From NCBI GenBank assembly GCA_017425725.1, contig JAFOXU010000018.1, positions 1-36,367 of the forward strand: a stretch of DNA of 36,367 nt, read 5' to 3'. Source of the stretch: Alphaproteobacteria bacterium. Its GTDB lineage: Bacteria > Pseudomonadota > Alphaproteobacteria > Rs-D84. Under the pieces are notes generated by a model, which saw only the letters and a program-made list of their open reading frames with translations, ran no database searches and was not told where the DNA came from. The translations under genes were made by a program, and so were the position numbers. Below, one piece after another: positions 8,887 through 14,923 of the stretch (the first letter of the stretch is position 1; each line of letters starts with the position of its first letter).

Positions 8887-8916
8887 AAAAAAATACCACC
8901 AATAAAATCGGCGGTA
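8887..8916 (-). terminator. Intrinsic terminator (minus strand), second of a tandem pair
   Basis: The minus RNA taccgccgattttattggtggta forms a 7-bp stem. It includes one G-U pair that would be an A-C mismatch on the plus RNA. It is followed directly by seven U. Confidence 0.6.
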
Positions 8917-8957
8917 TAAAATTCGGGTACCGTAGGAGGCATCCCCCAGCACCCGAA
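8915..8957 (-). terminator. Intrinsic terminator / long hairpin (minus strand), first of a tandem pair, just across attP from int
   Basis: Outer stem ttcgggt / acccgaa (8922-8928 / 8951-8957). Inner pairs need G-U wobbles that exist only in the minus-strand RNA. UUUUAUA follows the hairpin. Confidence 0.55.
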
Positions 8958-9109
8958 ACTCTTGACAACCCTGTTATTTTAAGAAAAAGTACTTTTTCTC
9001 TTTTTTGTATACTATTGCTAGTATATGAAATAGTATAGTCATTATTGCAATTTTTTCAACATAAAAAAATATCCGAATCAAAAAAAGCCCAGAAATCTCA
9101 CATTCGCAC

Positions 9110-9121
9110 AAAATCTGCACA
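9110..9121 (+). repeat. Arm-type repeat AAAATCTGCACA (P-arm side)
   Basis: Exact 12-mer shared with 9319-9330 and 9330-9341. A degenerate copy, aaatctcaca, lies at 9093-9102. Confidence 0.6.
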
Positions 9122-9163
9122 AATTTTATAAAAAATCCCTATATTCTGCGACAAACCACGCGA

Positions 9164-9208
9164 CTACGGATCAGAAGGTTGAGGGTTCGAATCCTTCTGG
9201 GCGCGCCA
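9164..9208 (+). other. 3-prime fragment of a tRNA gene (anticodon-loop-like CTACGGA to CCA end), not a complete tRNA; probable att core
   Basis: T-arm GAGGG-TTCGAAT-CCTTC, acceptor 3-prime strand TGGGCGC, discriminator G, then CCA. The matching 5-prime acceptor strand GCGCCCA and a D-arm are absent upstream. ACG sits at the anticodon position, suggesting an Arg tRNA (inference). Confidence 0.7.
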
Positions 9209-9214
9209 CGATTT

Positions 9215-9237
9215 ACCGCAGATTTCTGCGGTTTTTT
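9215..9237 (+). terminator. Intrinsic terminator directly after the tRNA fragment (phage-supplied terminator for the reconstituted tRNA)
   Basis: accgcaga/tctgcggt stem followed by six T, 7 nt after the CCA end. Confidence 0.7.
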
Positions 9238-9318
9238 AATGTTTTTACTGTGGCAACCTGTATCCGTATTTTTCGCTTTTTTTGTCAAAAAATGGGTGTT
9301 TTTAGGGGTATTTTACAT

Positions 9319-9341
9319 AAAATCTGCACAAAATCTGCACA
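9319..9341 (+). repeat. Two tandem arm-type repeats AAAATCTGCACA (11-bp register) on the int-proximal arm
   Basis: Read directly as ataaaatctgcacaaaatctgcacag. A degenerate copy, tttctgcaca, lies at 9389-9398. Confidence 0.6.
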
Positions 9342-9401
9342 GTATAACTCATTGTTATTACTTAATTTGTGTATTTTTGGGTAAATATTTTCTGCACAAA
9401 A

Positions 9402-10418
9402 CTATTTATCAAACAATGCAGTTAATGCTGCTTGCGATTCATTATTGACCAAGTGTGCATACTTGGTTGTGATCGATATATCACTGTGTCCTAAAACGTT
9501 CTGTACCACACGCAGGTTTCCTGTCTTTCGCAATAGCCATGTGGCTGTCGTGTGGCGTAATGTATGAAAATTTCTGTATGGCACCTTTGCCCTTTCAAAT
9601 GCAGCATGCCATGCCATTTTTATATCACGTATCTTATGTCCTTTGTACGTAAACACGTATTCGTGATCACGTGGCAAAGATAATAATAATTGCTTTAACT
9701 GTGCAACCATTGGTACAGAATGCGGATTGCCGTCTTTGCCCATGTAAATAATCTGGTTGTTATCCCAATCTATCTGATCCCATTTAAGCGACAATATACG
9801 ACCACGTCTTAAACCGGTATAAACAGCCGTCAGTATAATCGGCTTTAAATGTTCCGCAGACGCATCGATAACTTTCTGCAATTCATCCCAGTCTTTGAAA
9901 TACTTAATGTTTTCTTTTGGTTCTTTTAATCGGAAAGACAATATCTTGAAATCAGGTATGCGACAATCCCATCTGTTCTTTGCCCTGGTGCAGATTGCCG
10001 ACAATAAACATAAATATCTGTTGGCTGTCGCATTTGATCTACCAGCATTGGTAAACGTGGTCATCAAATGGTTAACATCGTTCTTTGTAATCTGTGATAA
10101 TAATATATCCCCGTCAATGATAGTTAACAGCCGTCTTAACTTGCTAAACACATCAACGGAATAAGATAAATTCTGCCCATATTCTGTCCACCACTTTGCA
10201 CATGCAGAATCAAGTGTGATTTCGTGTGTGACGGCTGGGGAATTACGTATAGCGTTTATGCGTTTAATGCAGTATTCTTGTGCGCGTTCGATGTCTGTTT
10301 CGCCACTAGATTCGCGAATGATAACTCTGCGTCCTTCAACAACGAACGAGATATACGCGTGCCAGATTTCGCCACGTTTGTATAATCTGTATGGTGCATT
10401 TGTGTTATTGTTTGCCAT
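9402..10418 (-). CDS. int: Tyrosine recombinase / phage integrase
   Basis: 338 aa. The C-terminal catalytic block is HTLRHTTATWLLRKTGNLRVVQNVLGHSDISITTKYAHL (R..H..R...H..Y pattern). The N-terminal arm-binding-like motif is YKRGEIWHAYISF. It lies next to attP. Confidence 0.92.
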   Translation of the reverse strand: MANNNTNAPYRLYKRGEIWHAYISFVVEGRRVIIRESSGETDIERAQEYCIKRINAIRNSPAVTHEITLDSACAKWWTEYGQNLSYSVDVFSKLRRLLTIIDGDILLSQITKNDVNHLMTTFTNAGRSNATANRYLCLLSAICTRAKNRWDCRIPDFKILSFRLKEPKENIKYFKDWDELQKVIDASAEHLKPIILTAVYTGLRRGRILSLKWDQIDWDNNQIIYMGKDGNPHSVPMVAQLKQLLLSLPRDHEYVFTYKGHKIRDIKMAWHAAFERAKVPYRNFHTLRHTTATWLLRKTGNLRVVQNVLGHSDISITTKYAHLVNNESQAALTALFDK

Positions 10419-10576
10419 CTATCAAGATCCTCTTTTCTGAAACGCACACCCTTTCCGTATGGCTTTTCTGGTATTCTACCTGCTTCAACTTCCTGTATAA
10501 AGACTTTTAACGACATTTGCCCAGTTTGTTCGCGTAAATACTTTATGGCTGCGTTCTGTGTATATAGTTTATTCAT
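10256..10576 (-). CDS. xis: Excisionase-like / MerR-type HTH DNA-binding protein
   Basis: The first 55 aa look like Xis-family HTH (IKYLREQTG...GVRFRKEDLDRW). AAAGGA SD. The last 54 codons overlap int in another frame. Confidence 0.55.
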   Translation of the reverse strand: MNKLYTQNAAIKYLREQTGQMSLKVFIQEVEAGRIPEKPYGKGVRFRKEDLDRWQTITQMHHTDYTNVAKSGTRISRSLLKDAELSFANLVAKQTSNAHKNTALNA

Positions 10577-10603
10577 GTTCGTTTCCTTTACTTTTGTTTT
10601 TTC

Positions 10604-10792
10604 TTAACTATGTTTCTTAAAGTATTTTGCTATTTTGTCTGATACGATTTGTATTTCCCAGAATAAAAAATATATATCTAATTCTTTTCTTCCAATCCAC
10701 TTATCATACCAAAAACCAAAGCGGCAAGATTTCCACCAGACAGATATGTCTAGCCACCAGTAGCATTTTTTTGTTTCCCAATGCGTTCTCAT
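10604..10792 (-). CDS. Hypothetical Trp-rich small protein, 62 aa
   Basis: ATGA coupling to the upstream gene. Unusual W/F/Y-rich composition. No homology recognised. Confidence 0.4.
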   Translation of the reverse strand: MRTHWETKKCYWWLDISVWWKSCRFGFWYDKWIGRKELDIYFLFWEIQIVSDKIAKYFKKHS

Positions 10793-11151
10793 TTTACTTC
10801 TCCTATTTCTGTAATTGCTTTTTTTGCTCTATCAACCATATCTTTGCCATAAGTCAAATCATTTGCAATTTCATTTAAGGCATTGAAAGCAATATAAAAT
10901 CTTTCTTTAATAGCAAAAGGTGGCTGGTTGGTTTCTGGTTTGTATTTACTTAAATCCATGGTAATTTCAAAGCCAATTTGTAATGTTTTGTTATCGTAAA
11001 AACCTAATTTCCAACCTTTTTCAGTATATTCTTTTAATAACTTTGACATATCTGCTTCGTCATCAACGGTTATGGTTGTGCGTTCATATACTTTTATTGT
11101 TTTTTTGCCACGAATATAATTACTTTTTTGTGTGTCTTGGTGTATTATCAT
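10789..11151 (-). CDS. Hypothetical protein, 120 aa
   Basis: Strong AAGGAG SD (the same 20-nt initiation region as the PAPS-reductase-like gene). Ordinary amino-acid composition. Confidence 0.65.
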   Translation of the reverse strand: MIIHQDTQKSNYIRGKKTIKVYERTTITVDDEADMSKLLKEYTEKGWKLGFYDNKTLQIGFEITMDLSKYKPETNQPPFAIKERFYIAFNALNEIANDLTYGKDMVDRAKKAITEIGEVK

Positions 11152-11164
11152 CTCTGTTTCTCCT

Positions 11165-11938
11165 TTATTGTTGTCCTAGTGTGCAGAATATACCGCATTC
11201 AACATAGCACGATTTTGGTTTTCTGCCCACTGCATTTTCTGGTAATTCGTCTAAAAAGATATGTCTTGGTTCATTGCCTGCACCTAAATCAACCAGACGG
11301 CAACCCAATCTGCGTGATTGTTCTGCTCTCTGCTTGAATATTTCAGGGAAGTGTTTGCGAACCATTTGCCAATACCACACTGAGCCAGATTTTACACAGC
11401 CAATGCAGTTTGCATTTGGAAATTCAAACTTGGTGTATATCTCTGGCAATTTTATACCTGCCATTTCCAATTCGTTGAAACAGCGGTGTTTATCCCACCC
11501 AGCATCTATCAGCGGACAAATCAGTTTGTATCCCTTGTTCTTTGGTGCAGAATTAAATCTATCCTGTCGTTGTTTTTCTTCCACTGTATAGCCCATAACA
11601 ATCGCATCTGTATCTTTATTAAAGCCGTTGTCGTTTTCCCATTGTGAGCGTGCATTTTGCTTTAATTCCAGTGTGCAAGGTGCGAAGTGTGGTGTGGACA
11701 TAACTCCGTATTCATCAAACACCTTTGTAATATCGCAGTGCTTAAAACAGGGATTAGTAGCACTTTCAATTTTGATACCAAGCCACTTTTCACAATCTTC
11801 CAAGAACCGTTTATTGTCTTCGTGTTCGTTTATAACAGGGTTATTTACAACACGGATATTCTCTCTGCCATATTTTTCAATGGTTAGTTTCGTGGCACAG
11901 GCACTCGCTGCACCGCAAGAAAACCAACACACTATCAT
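11165..11938 (-). CDS. PAPS-reductase-family / adenine-nucleotide alpha-hydrolase-like protein
   Basis: 257 aa. N-terminal PP-loop-like VCWFSCGAASACAT. Central APCTLELK...DAIVMGYTVEE. C-terminal NCIGCVKSG cysteine pair. This order is typical of the PAPS_reduct fold. Confidence 0.6.
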   Translation of the reverse strand: MIVCWFSCGAASACATKLTIEKYGRENIRVVNNPVINEHEDNKRFLEDCEKWLGIKIESATNPCFKHCDITKVFDEYGVMSTPHFAPCTLELKQNARSQWENDNGFNKDTDAIVMGYTVEEKQRQDRFNSAPKNKGYKLICPLIDAGWDKHRCFNELEMAGIKLPEIYTKFEFPNANCIGCVKSGSVWYWQMVRKHFPEIFKQRAEQSRRLGCRLVDLGAGNEPRHIFLDELPENAVGRKPKSCYVECGIFCTLGQQ

Positions 11939-12042
11939 CTCTGTTTCTCCTTAAATTGAATAACCAACTGTAATTGTTTTTCGAACGGAATTAAAAGTTG
12001 TCCGTCTTTCTTCCTTTCTGGTTCTGTCATTGTTCTCATCAT
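11935..12042 (-). CDS. Small ORF, 35 aa (MMRTMTEPERKKDGQLLIPFEKQLQLVIQFKEKQR)
   Basis: AGGAG SD 5-6 nt upstream. The stop overlaps the next ATG (ATGA). Below the length cutoff of the ORF track. Confidence 0.4.
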   Translation of the reverse strand: MMRTMTEPERKKDGQLLIPFEKQLQLVIQFKEKQR

Positions 12043-12043
12043 A

Positions 12044-12106
12044 TTAGTTCTCCTTATCTATCATTAACCAACAGATAACCATCAATCCAAATAATACCCA
12101 AAACAT
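12044..12106 (-). CDS. Micro-ORF, 20 aa hydrophobic peptide (MFWVLFGLMVICWLMIDKEN)
   Basis: GGGAGG SD 6 nt upstream of the ATG. It ends 1 nt before the next ATG. One predicted TM segment. Confidence 0.3.
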   Translation of the reverse strand: MFWVLFGLMVICWLMIDKEN

Positions 12107-12126
12107 TTTTAACCCTCCCTTGTTGT

Positions 12127-12615
12127 TTATTTCACTGCCAGATTTTCCTTGTTAACCAGATATGCACCATCGATTGTACGTCCTGCTTTCAACGCTTCCT
12201 TAATCGCAACCTTGTCTGGTGCGGTTGTGGAATTGGTGCGCATAAACTCTGGGTTGTTAAAGTCAGGCGATACCCACACGCTACTGCTTGTACGTGTGCC
12301 GACTGTGAATGTACCTGCGGTTATCTTTTTTTTGCCTGATCGGGTAAGCATAGACATTATGTACTGCTCTAAACGTAATAATGCCTTGCTTTCCCTTTCG
12401 GCTTTTTCGGACAACCGATTGCTTTCTGCACGTAATGCATCAATTTCAGATTGCTTACGCGCACGTATCTTGCATAATGATTCCAGGCCGTTTGTAATTG
12501 TATCTGTACGGGCCTGCATAAGATTATCCAGGGCTGTCTGGTCTGGTTCTTCTTCGCCATACAATAACTCGCTGATGGCGTTATCTAATAATTCGATCTC
12601 TTCATACAATTTCAT
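12127..12615 (-). CDS. Siphovirus Gp157-family protein
   Basis: Begins MKLYEEIELL... with a central coiled coil and C-terminal ...KEALKAGRTIDGAYLVNKENLAVK, the pattern typical of Gp157 family members. GGAGG SD. ATG at 12615 is preferred over the track start. Confidence 0.65.
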   Translation of the reverse strand: MKLYEEIELLDNAISELLYGEEEPDQTALDNLMQARTDTITNGLESLCKIRARKQSEIDALRAESNRLSEKAERESKALLRLEQYIMSMLTRSGKKKITAGTFTVGTRTSSSVWVSPDFNNPEFMRTNSTTAPDKVAIKEALKAGRTIDGAYLVNKENLAVK

Positions 12616-12616
12616 C

Positions 12617-13405
12617 CTATGCCTCCATTTGTAAATCATTCAAAATTTCGGCTTTACGTGCAGATGCCAACGGTATCAATTCATTGATATTCGGATTACC
12701 TTTCTGACTGTTAAGTATTTCTGAAATGTTGGCCAATGTGGTGCAACGTTCCATTTCGCCACGGAAAGCATTAACCGACATCCAATCGTCTGGACGCGCT
12801 GTCGCAGGTGCAACAAATGGAATTTCATCGCCAACCAGGTCTTCTATTTGTTTATCGGCTTTCTTTGGTGTTGGTTTTTCTGTTTTAAGCGGTGTTTTTG
12901 TGCCAAAGGTATAAACTGTCTTTCCTTTGCCGTTCACGATTTCCAGCGCGATTATTTCGCGGTTATCGTTGTATTCAATCTTTGATACAGAAAACTTTTC
13001 ATTACATGTATATTTTTGGCCAAATTGTTTTATTTCAACATAATCAGATGAAATCCAAATAAATGGCGCAGTATATAATTCACGACCAATTCCCCATTTA
13101 AACCCGGCGCGTTTGAAAGCGTCTGATGCTTCGCCTTTCTTTTCGTTGCCTTCGCCGTCTTCACGTGATTCAATACCGCAATCTTGTTTCCAAACCCATT
13201 GACCCTTGGTTTGTTCCCAAACACCAATCTTGCAATACATATTTCCTTTGATTTCTTCGTATTCACACTGCCAATTATTCGCACCAAACTCTTCATCCAA
13301 CACGTCCATGTCGGTACGTGCGGTTTTATATAACAATGCAACCAGGCCATTTTGCTTAACCTGTTTTACTTTAACTTCGATCTCGTTCGCTTTAAGTAAT
13401 CTCAT
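12617..13405 (-). CDS. Rad52/Sak-family single-strand annealing protein
   Basis: MDVLDEEFGANNWQCEYEE..., then KKGEASDAFKRAGFKWGIGRELY, matches the Rad52/22 and Sak signature (fG..gW..., A.K.A...fG.G..LY). Confidence 0.75.
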   Translation of the reverse strand: MRLLKANEIEVKVKQVKQNGLVALLYKTARTDMDVLDEEFGANNWQCEYEEIKGNMYCKIGVWEQTKGQWVWKQDCGIESREDGEGNEKKGEASDAFKRAGFKWGIGRELYTAPFIWISSDYVEIKQFGQKYTCNEKFSVSKIEYNDNREIIALEIVNGKGKTVYTFGTKTPLKTEKPTPKKADKQIEDLVGDEIPFVAPATARPDDWMSVNAFRGEMERCTTLANISEILNSQKGNPNINELIPLASARKAEILNDLQMEA

Positions 13406-13406
13406 T

Positions 13407-13538
13407 TTATTCCCCTTTGTTTTGCTCTAATATCGTTTGTAAAAAGTTTTTTATTGCAGTTGCAGACACTTTTGGGTTTTCTGTTATGCCGTCTACAACA
13501 ACCTCTATTGCAGTCCTGTAAATAAGTTCTTTGGTCAT
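13407..13538 (-). CDS. Small ORF, 43 aa
   Basis: ATG at 13538. It fills the gap between two genes and ends 1 nt before the annealase ATG. Weak SD. Confidence 0.35.
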   Translation of the reverse strand: MTKELIYRTAIEVVVDGITENPKVSATAIKNFLQTILEQNKGE

Positions 13539-13539
13539 C

Positions 13540-13644
13540 TTACGCGTCCTTTGTTAAGTTGCTGATGCCGTATATGCACCCACCTATGATGAGTGCATAA
13601 CCTAAACTGTGTACTATTGCGTAAACTATTTGTGCTGTTGTCAT
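13540..13644 (-). CDS. Small ORF, 34 aa, one TM segment (MTTAQIVYAIVHSLGYALIIGGCIYGISNLTKDA)
   Basis: AGGAGG SD 5 nt upstream. It ends 1 nt before the next ATG. Confidence 0.4.
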   Translation of the reverse strand: MTTAQIVYAIVHSLGYALIIGGCIYGISNLTKDA

Positions 13645-13657
13645 TTGTGCCTCCTAC

Positions 13658-13984
13658 TTATGCGTTTAATACGTTTGTTTTATATTCACTGCGTTCCAGA
13701 TCGTATAATGAATATGTTTTGTCGTCATATTCGTATTCGCATACCTGATCACAGAACCAACCGTTTGGATTTTTTGTCATTTCACTCATTAAATGGTATT
13801 GGCCACAGTTTTCGCATTGGCGCATATTGTCATCAAACCAATCAGTAACCAGACCGCGTAATTCTTCGGCTGTTGTGGTTTCGTTTGAACCGTCTTCTAC
13901 ATATTGGATACAAGAATCCAATTCTTCTGTTGTTGGGAATCTGAAAATCAATTTTTTGATTTCGTTTGCAATAATTTTATTCAT
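13658..13984 (-). CDS. Hypothetical protein with Cys-rich zinc-ribbon-like motif, 108 aa (first gene of the leftward early operon)
   Basis: ATG at 13984 with AGGAGG SD, preferred over the track start at 14068, which would cover the promoter. CENCGQ...CDQVC motif. Confidence 0.65.
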   Translation of the reverse strand: MNKIIANEIKKLIFRFPTTEELDSCIQYVEDGSNETTTAEELRGLVTDWFDDNMRQCENCGQYHLMSEMTKNPNGWFCDQVCEYEYDDKTYSLYDLERSEYKTNVLNA

Positions 13985-14035
13985 TTTATGCCTCCTATAT
14001 TGCGAAAGATTATCTTTTTTTATCTTTCGTTGTCT

Positions 14036-14064
14036 ATTATAAGATATTCTTATATTATTGTCAA
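14036..14064 (-). promoter_or_regulatory. PL-like early-left promoter, consensus TTGACA-17-TATAAT
   Basis: The minus strand reads TTGACAataatataagaatatctTATAAT. The spacer holds the operator TAAGA-N3-TCTTA. Confidence 0.7.
14040..14052. promoter_or_regulatory. Operator copy 1 (TAAGA-TAT-TCTTA) inside the PL spacer
   Basis: 13-bp inverted repeat. The identical 14-mer ataagatattctta recurs at 14073-14086. Confidence 0.55.
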
Positions 14065-14073
14065 GCACAAATA

Positions 14074-14086
14074 TAAGATATTCTTA
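14074..14086. promoter_or_regulatory. Operator copy 2 (TAAGA-TAT-TCTTA) upstream of PL
   Basis: Exact repeat of the PL operator, 34 bp centre to centre. Confidence 0.5.
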
Positions 14087-14147
14087 AAAAATATTGCAAT
14101 TTATAAAAAATGCTGTTAATAATAAAAATGAGTTATCGCATATCCGA

Positions 14148-14173
14148 TAAAAAAACCGCCCAATCGGGCGGTT
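14148..14173 (-). terminator. Intrinsic terminator ending the repressor operon
   Basis: aaccgccc/gggcggtt 8-bp stem with a 4-nt loop, followed on the minus RNA by seven to eight U. It lies 20 nt after the 78-aa gene stop. Confidence 0.75.
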
Positions 14174-14192
14174 ATATTTTAAAACCTATCCA

Positions 14193-14429
14193 TTACTTTT
14201 TCTTTGATTTTTCTGGATCTAAAACATGGTTTGTGCAATCTAAAATTAAAACAACAAGTGGCAATAATATAAATATTAAAGCCCAGATTCCTAAAATACC
14301 AACGAAAAACGATATAAAACCGTCTAATCCAAAGAAAAACATAGCAATGAAGCCCATAATTATTGCGATAGACAACACTTTGGGTAAAACATCAAATGCG
14401 TCTTTAATATCATCAATAAAATCTTTCAC
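14193..14429 (-). CDS. Small integral membrane protein co-transcribed with the repressor (candidate superinfection-exclusion/Rex-like function)
   Basis: 78 aa with two to three hydrophobic segments. GTG start 1 nt after the repressor stop, with an AAAGGA SD inside the repressor 3-prime end. Confidence 0.6.
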   Translation of the reverse strand: MKDFIDDIKDAFDVLPKVLSIAIIMGFIAMFFFGLDGFISFFVGILGIWALIFILLPLVVLILDCTNHVLDPEKSKKK

Positions 14430-14430
14430 G

Positions 14431-14865
14431 CTATTTTCCTTTTATACCTGATTGAAACGCTTGCATAACAGAAAGCAACTCTTTTATCTTTCCTGCGTCT
14501 GTTATATTCTGCTGGTAAAAATGGTCAACCAATGCAGCCCTTTGTTCTGGTGTTATTTCATAACCGTTTTTTTCAAAAAACTCTTTCACAATGTCCGCAA
14601 TCATTAAAACATCAGACGTATTAACGCTTTTTTTAATATTAACAGACGGTTTTTCTGGGTTCCCAGCAACATATGCAACAAAAGATTCTGTATTATACCC
14701 TAAAAATTCAGCCGCCTTTAAGATTTCAGATGTTTGAAATTCGCGTAGTTCTGGATGATTCAATGTCACATTAAGTTTTGATTGGGTAATACCAATTGCT
14801 TCGGCAAACTCCGTCTGCGTTTTACCTAATTCATTTAATCTAATTTTTATAAAGTCGTATTTCAT
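14431..14865 (-). CDS. XRE-family HTH repressor (CI-like), no S24 peptidase domain recognised
   Basis: The N-terminal segment IRLNELGKTQTEFAEAIGITQSKLNVTLN is a classic XRE HTH. The gene is divergent from the consensus promoter PR. Confidence 0.8.
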   Translation of the reverse strand: MKYDFIKIRLNELGKTQTEFAEAIGITQSKLNVTLNHPELREFQTSEILKAAEFLGYNTESFVAYVAGNPEKPSVNIKKSVNTSDVLMIADIVKEFFEKNGYEITPEQRAALVDHFYQQNITDAGKIKELLSVMQAFQSGIKGK

Positions 14866-14871
14866 ATTTTT

Positions 14872-14899
14872 ATTATACTTGCTTGCTTTTTTTATTCAA
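14872..14899 (-). promoter_or_regulatory. PRM-like promoter (TTGAAT-16-TATAAT) giving a leaderless repressor mRNA
   Basis: The -10 TATAAT ends 6 nt before the repressor ATG. No SD exists upstream of that ATG. Confidence 0.45.
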
Positions 14900-14923
14900 T
14901 TTCGATTTTCTTATATTTTTTTA

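Larger units (their letters stand above)
9092..9398. other. attP: attP region: tRNA-derived core flanked by direct arm-type repeats, adjacent to int
   Basis: tRNA 3-prime fragment at 9164-9208. The 12-mer AAAATCTGCACA occurs at 9110, 9319 and 9330, with degenerate copies at 9093 and 9389, all in one orientation. int starts 200 bp away. Confidence 0.7.

Noticed and set aside
8599-8919. 106-aa plus-strand ORF, and the 9179-9448 ORF
   Set aside because: They span the GroEL-like gene start plus the terminator region, and the tRNA fragment plus attP arm repeats, respectively. RNA and att features explain the sequence better.
9150-9208. Possible complete tRNA gene
   Set aside because: Only the T-arm, the acceptor 3-prime strand and CCA are present. 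The complementary 5-prime acceptor strand GCGCCCA and a D-arm are missing upstream, and the anticodon stem does not pair. It is a fragment.
11146-11165. 20-nt exact repeat tatcatctctgtttctcctt, also at 11933-11952
   Set aside because: It is simply a shared SD-plus-start context (AAGGAGAAACAGAGATGAT on the coding strand) of two neighbouring genes. It is too short to argue for anything beyond a duplicated initiation region.
12149-12634. 161-aa plus-strand ORF
   Set aside because: It is almost exactly antisense to the Gp157-family gene, which has family-typical sequence and a GGAGG SD.
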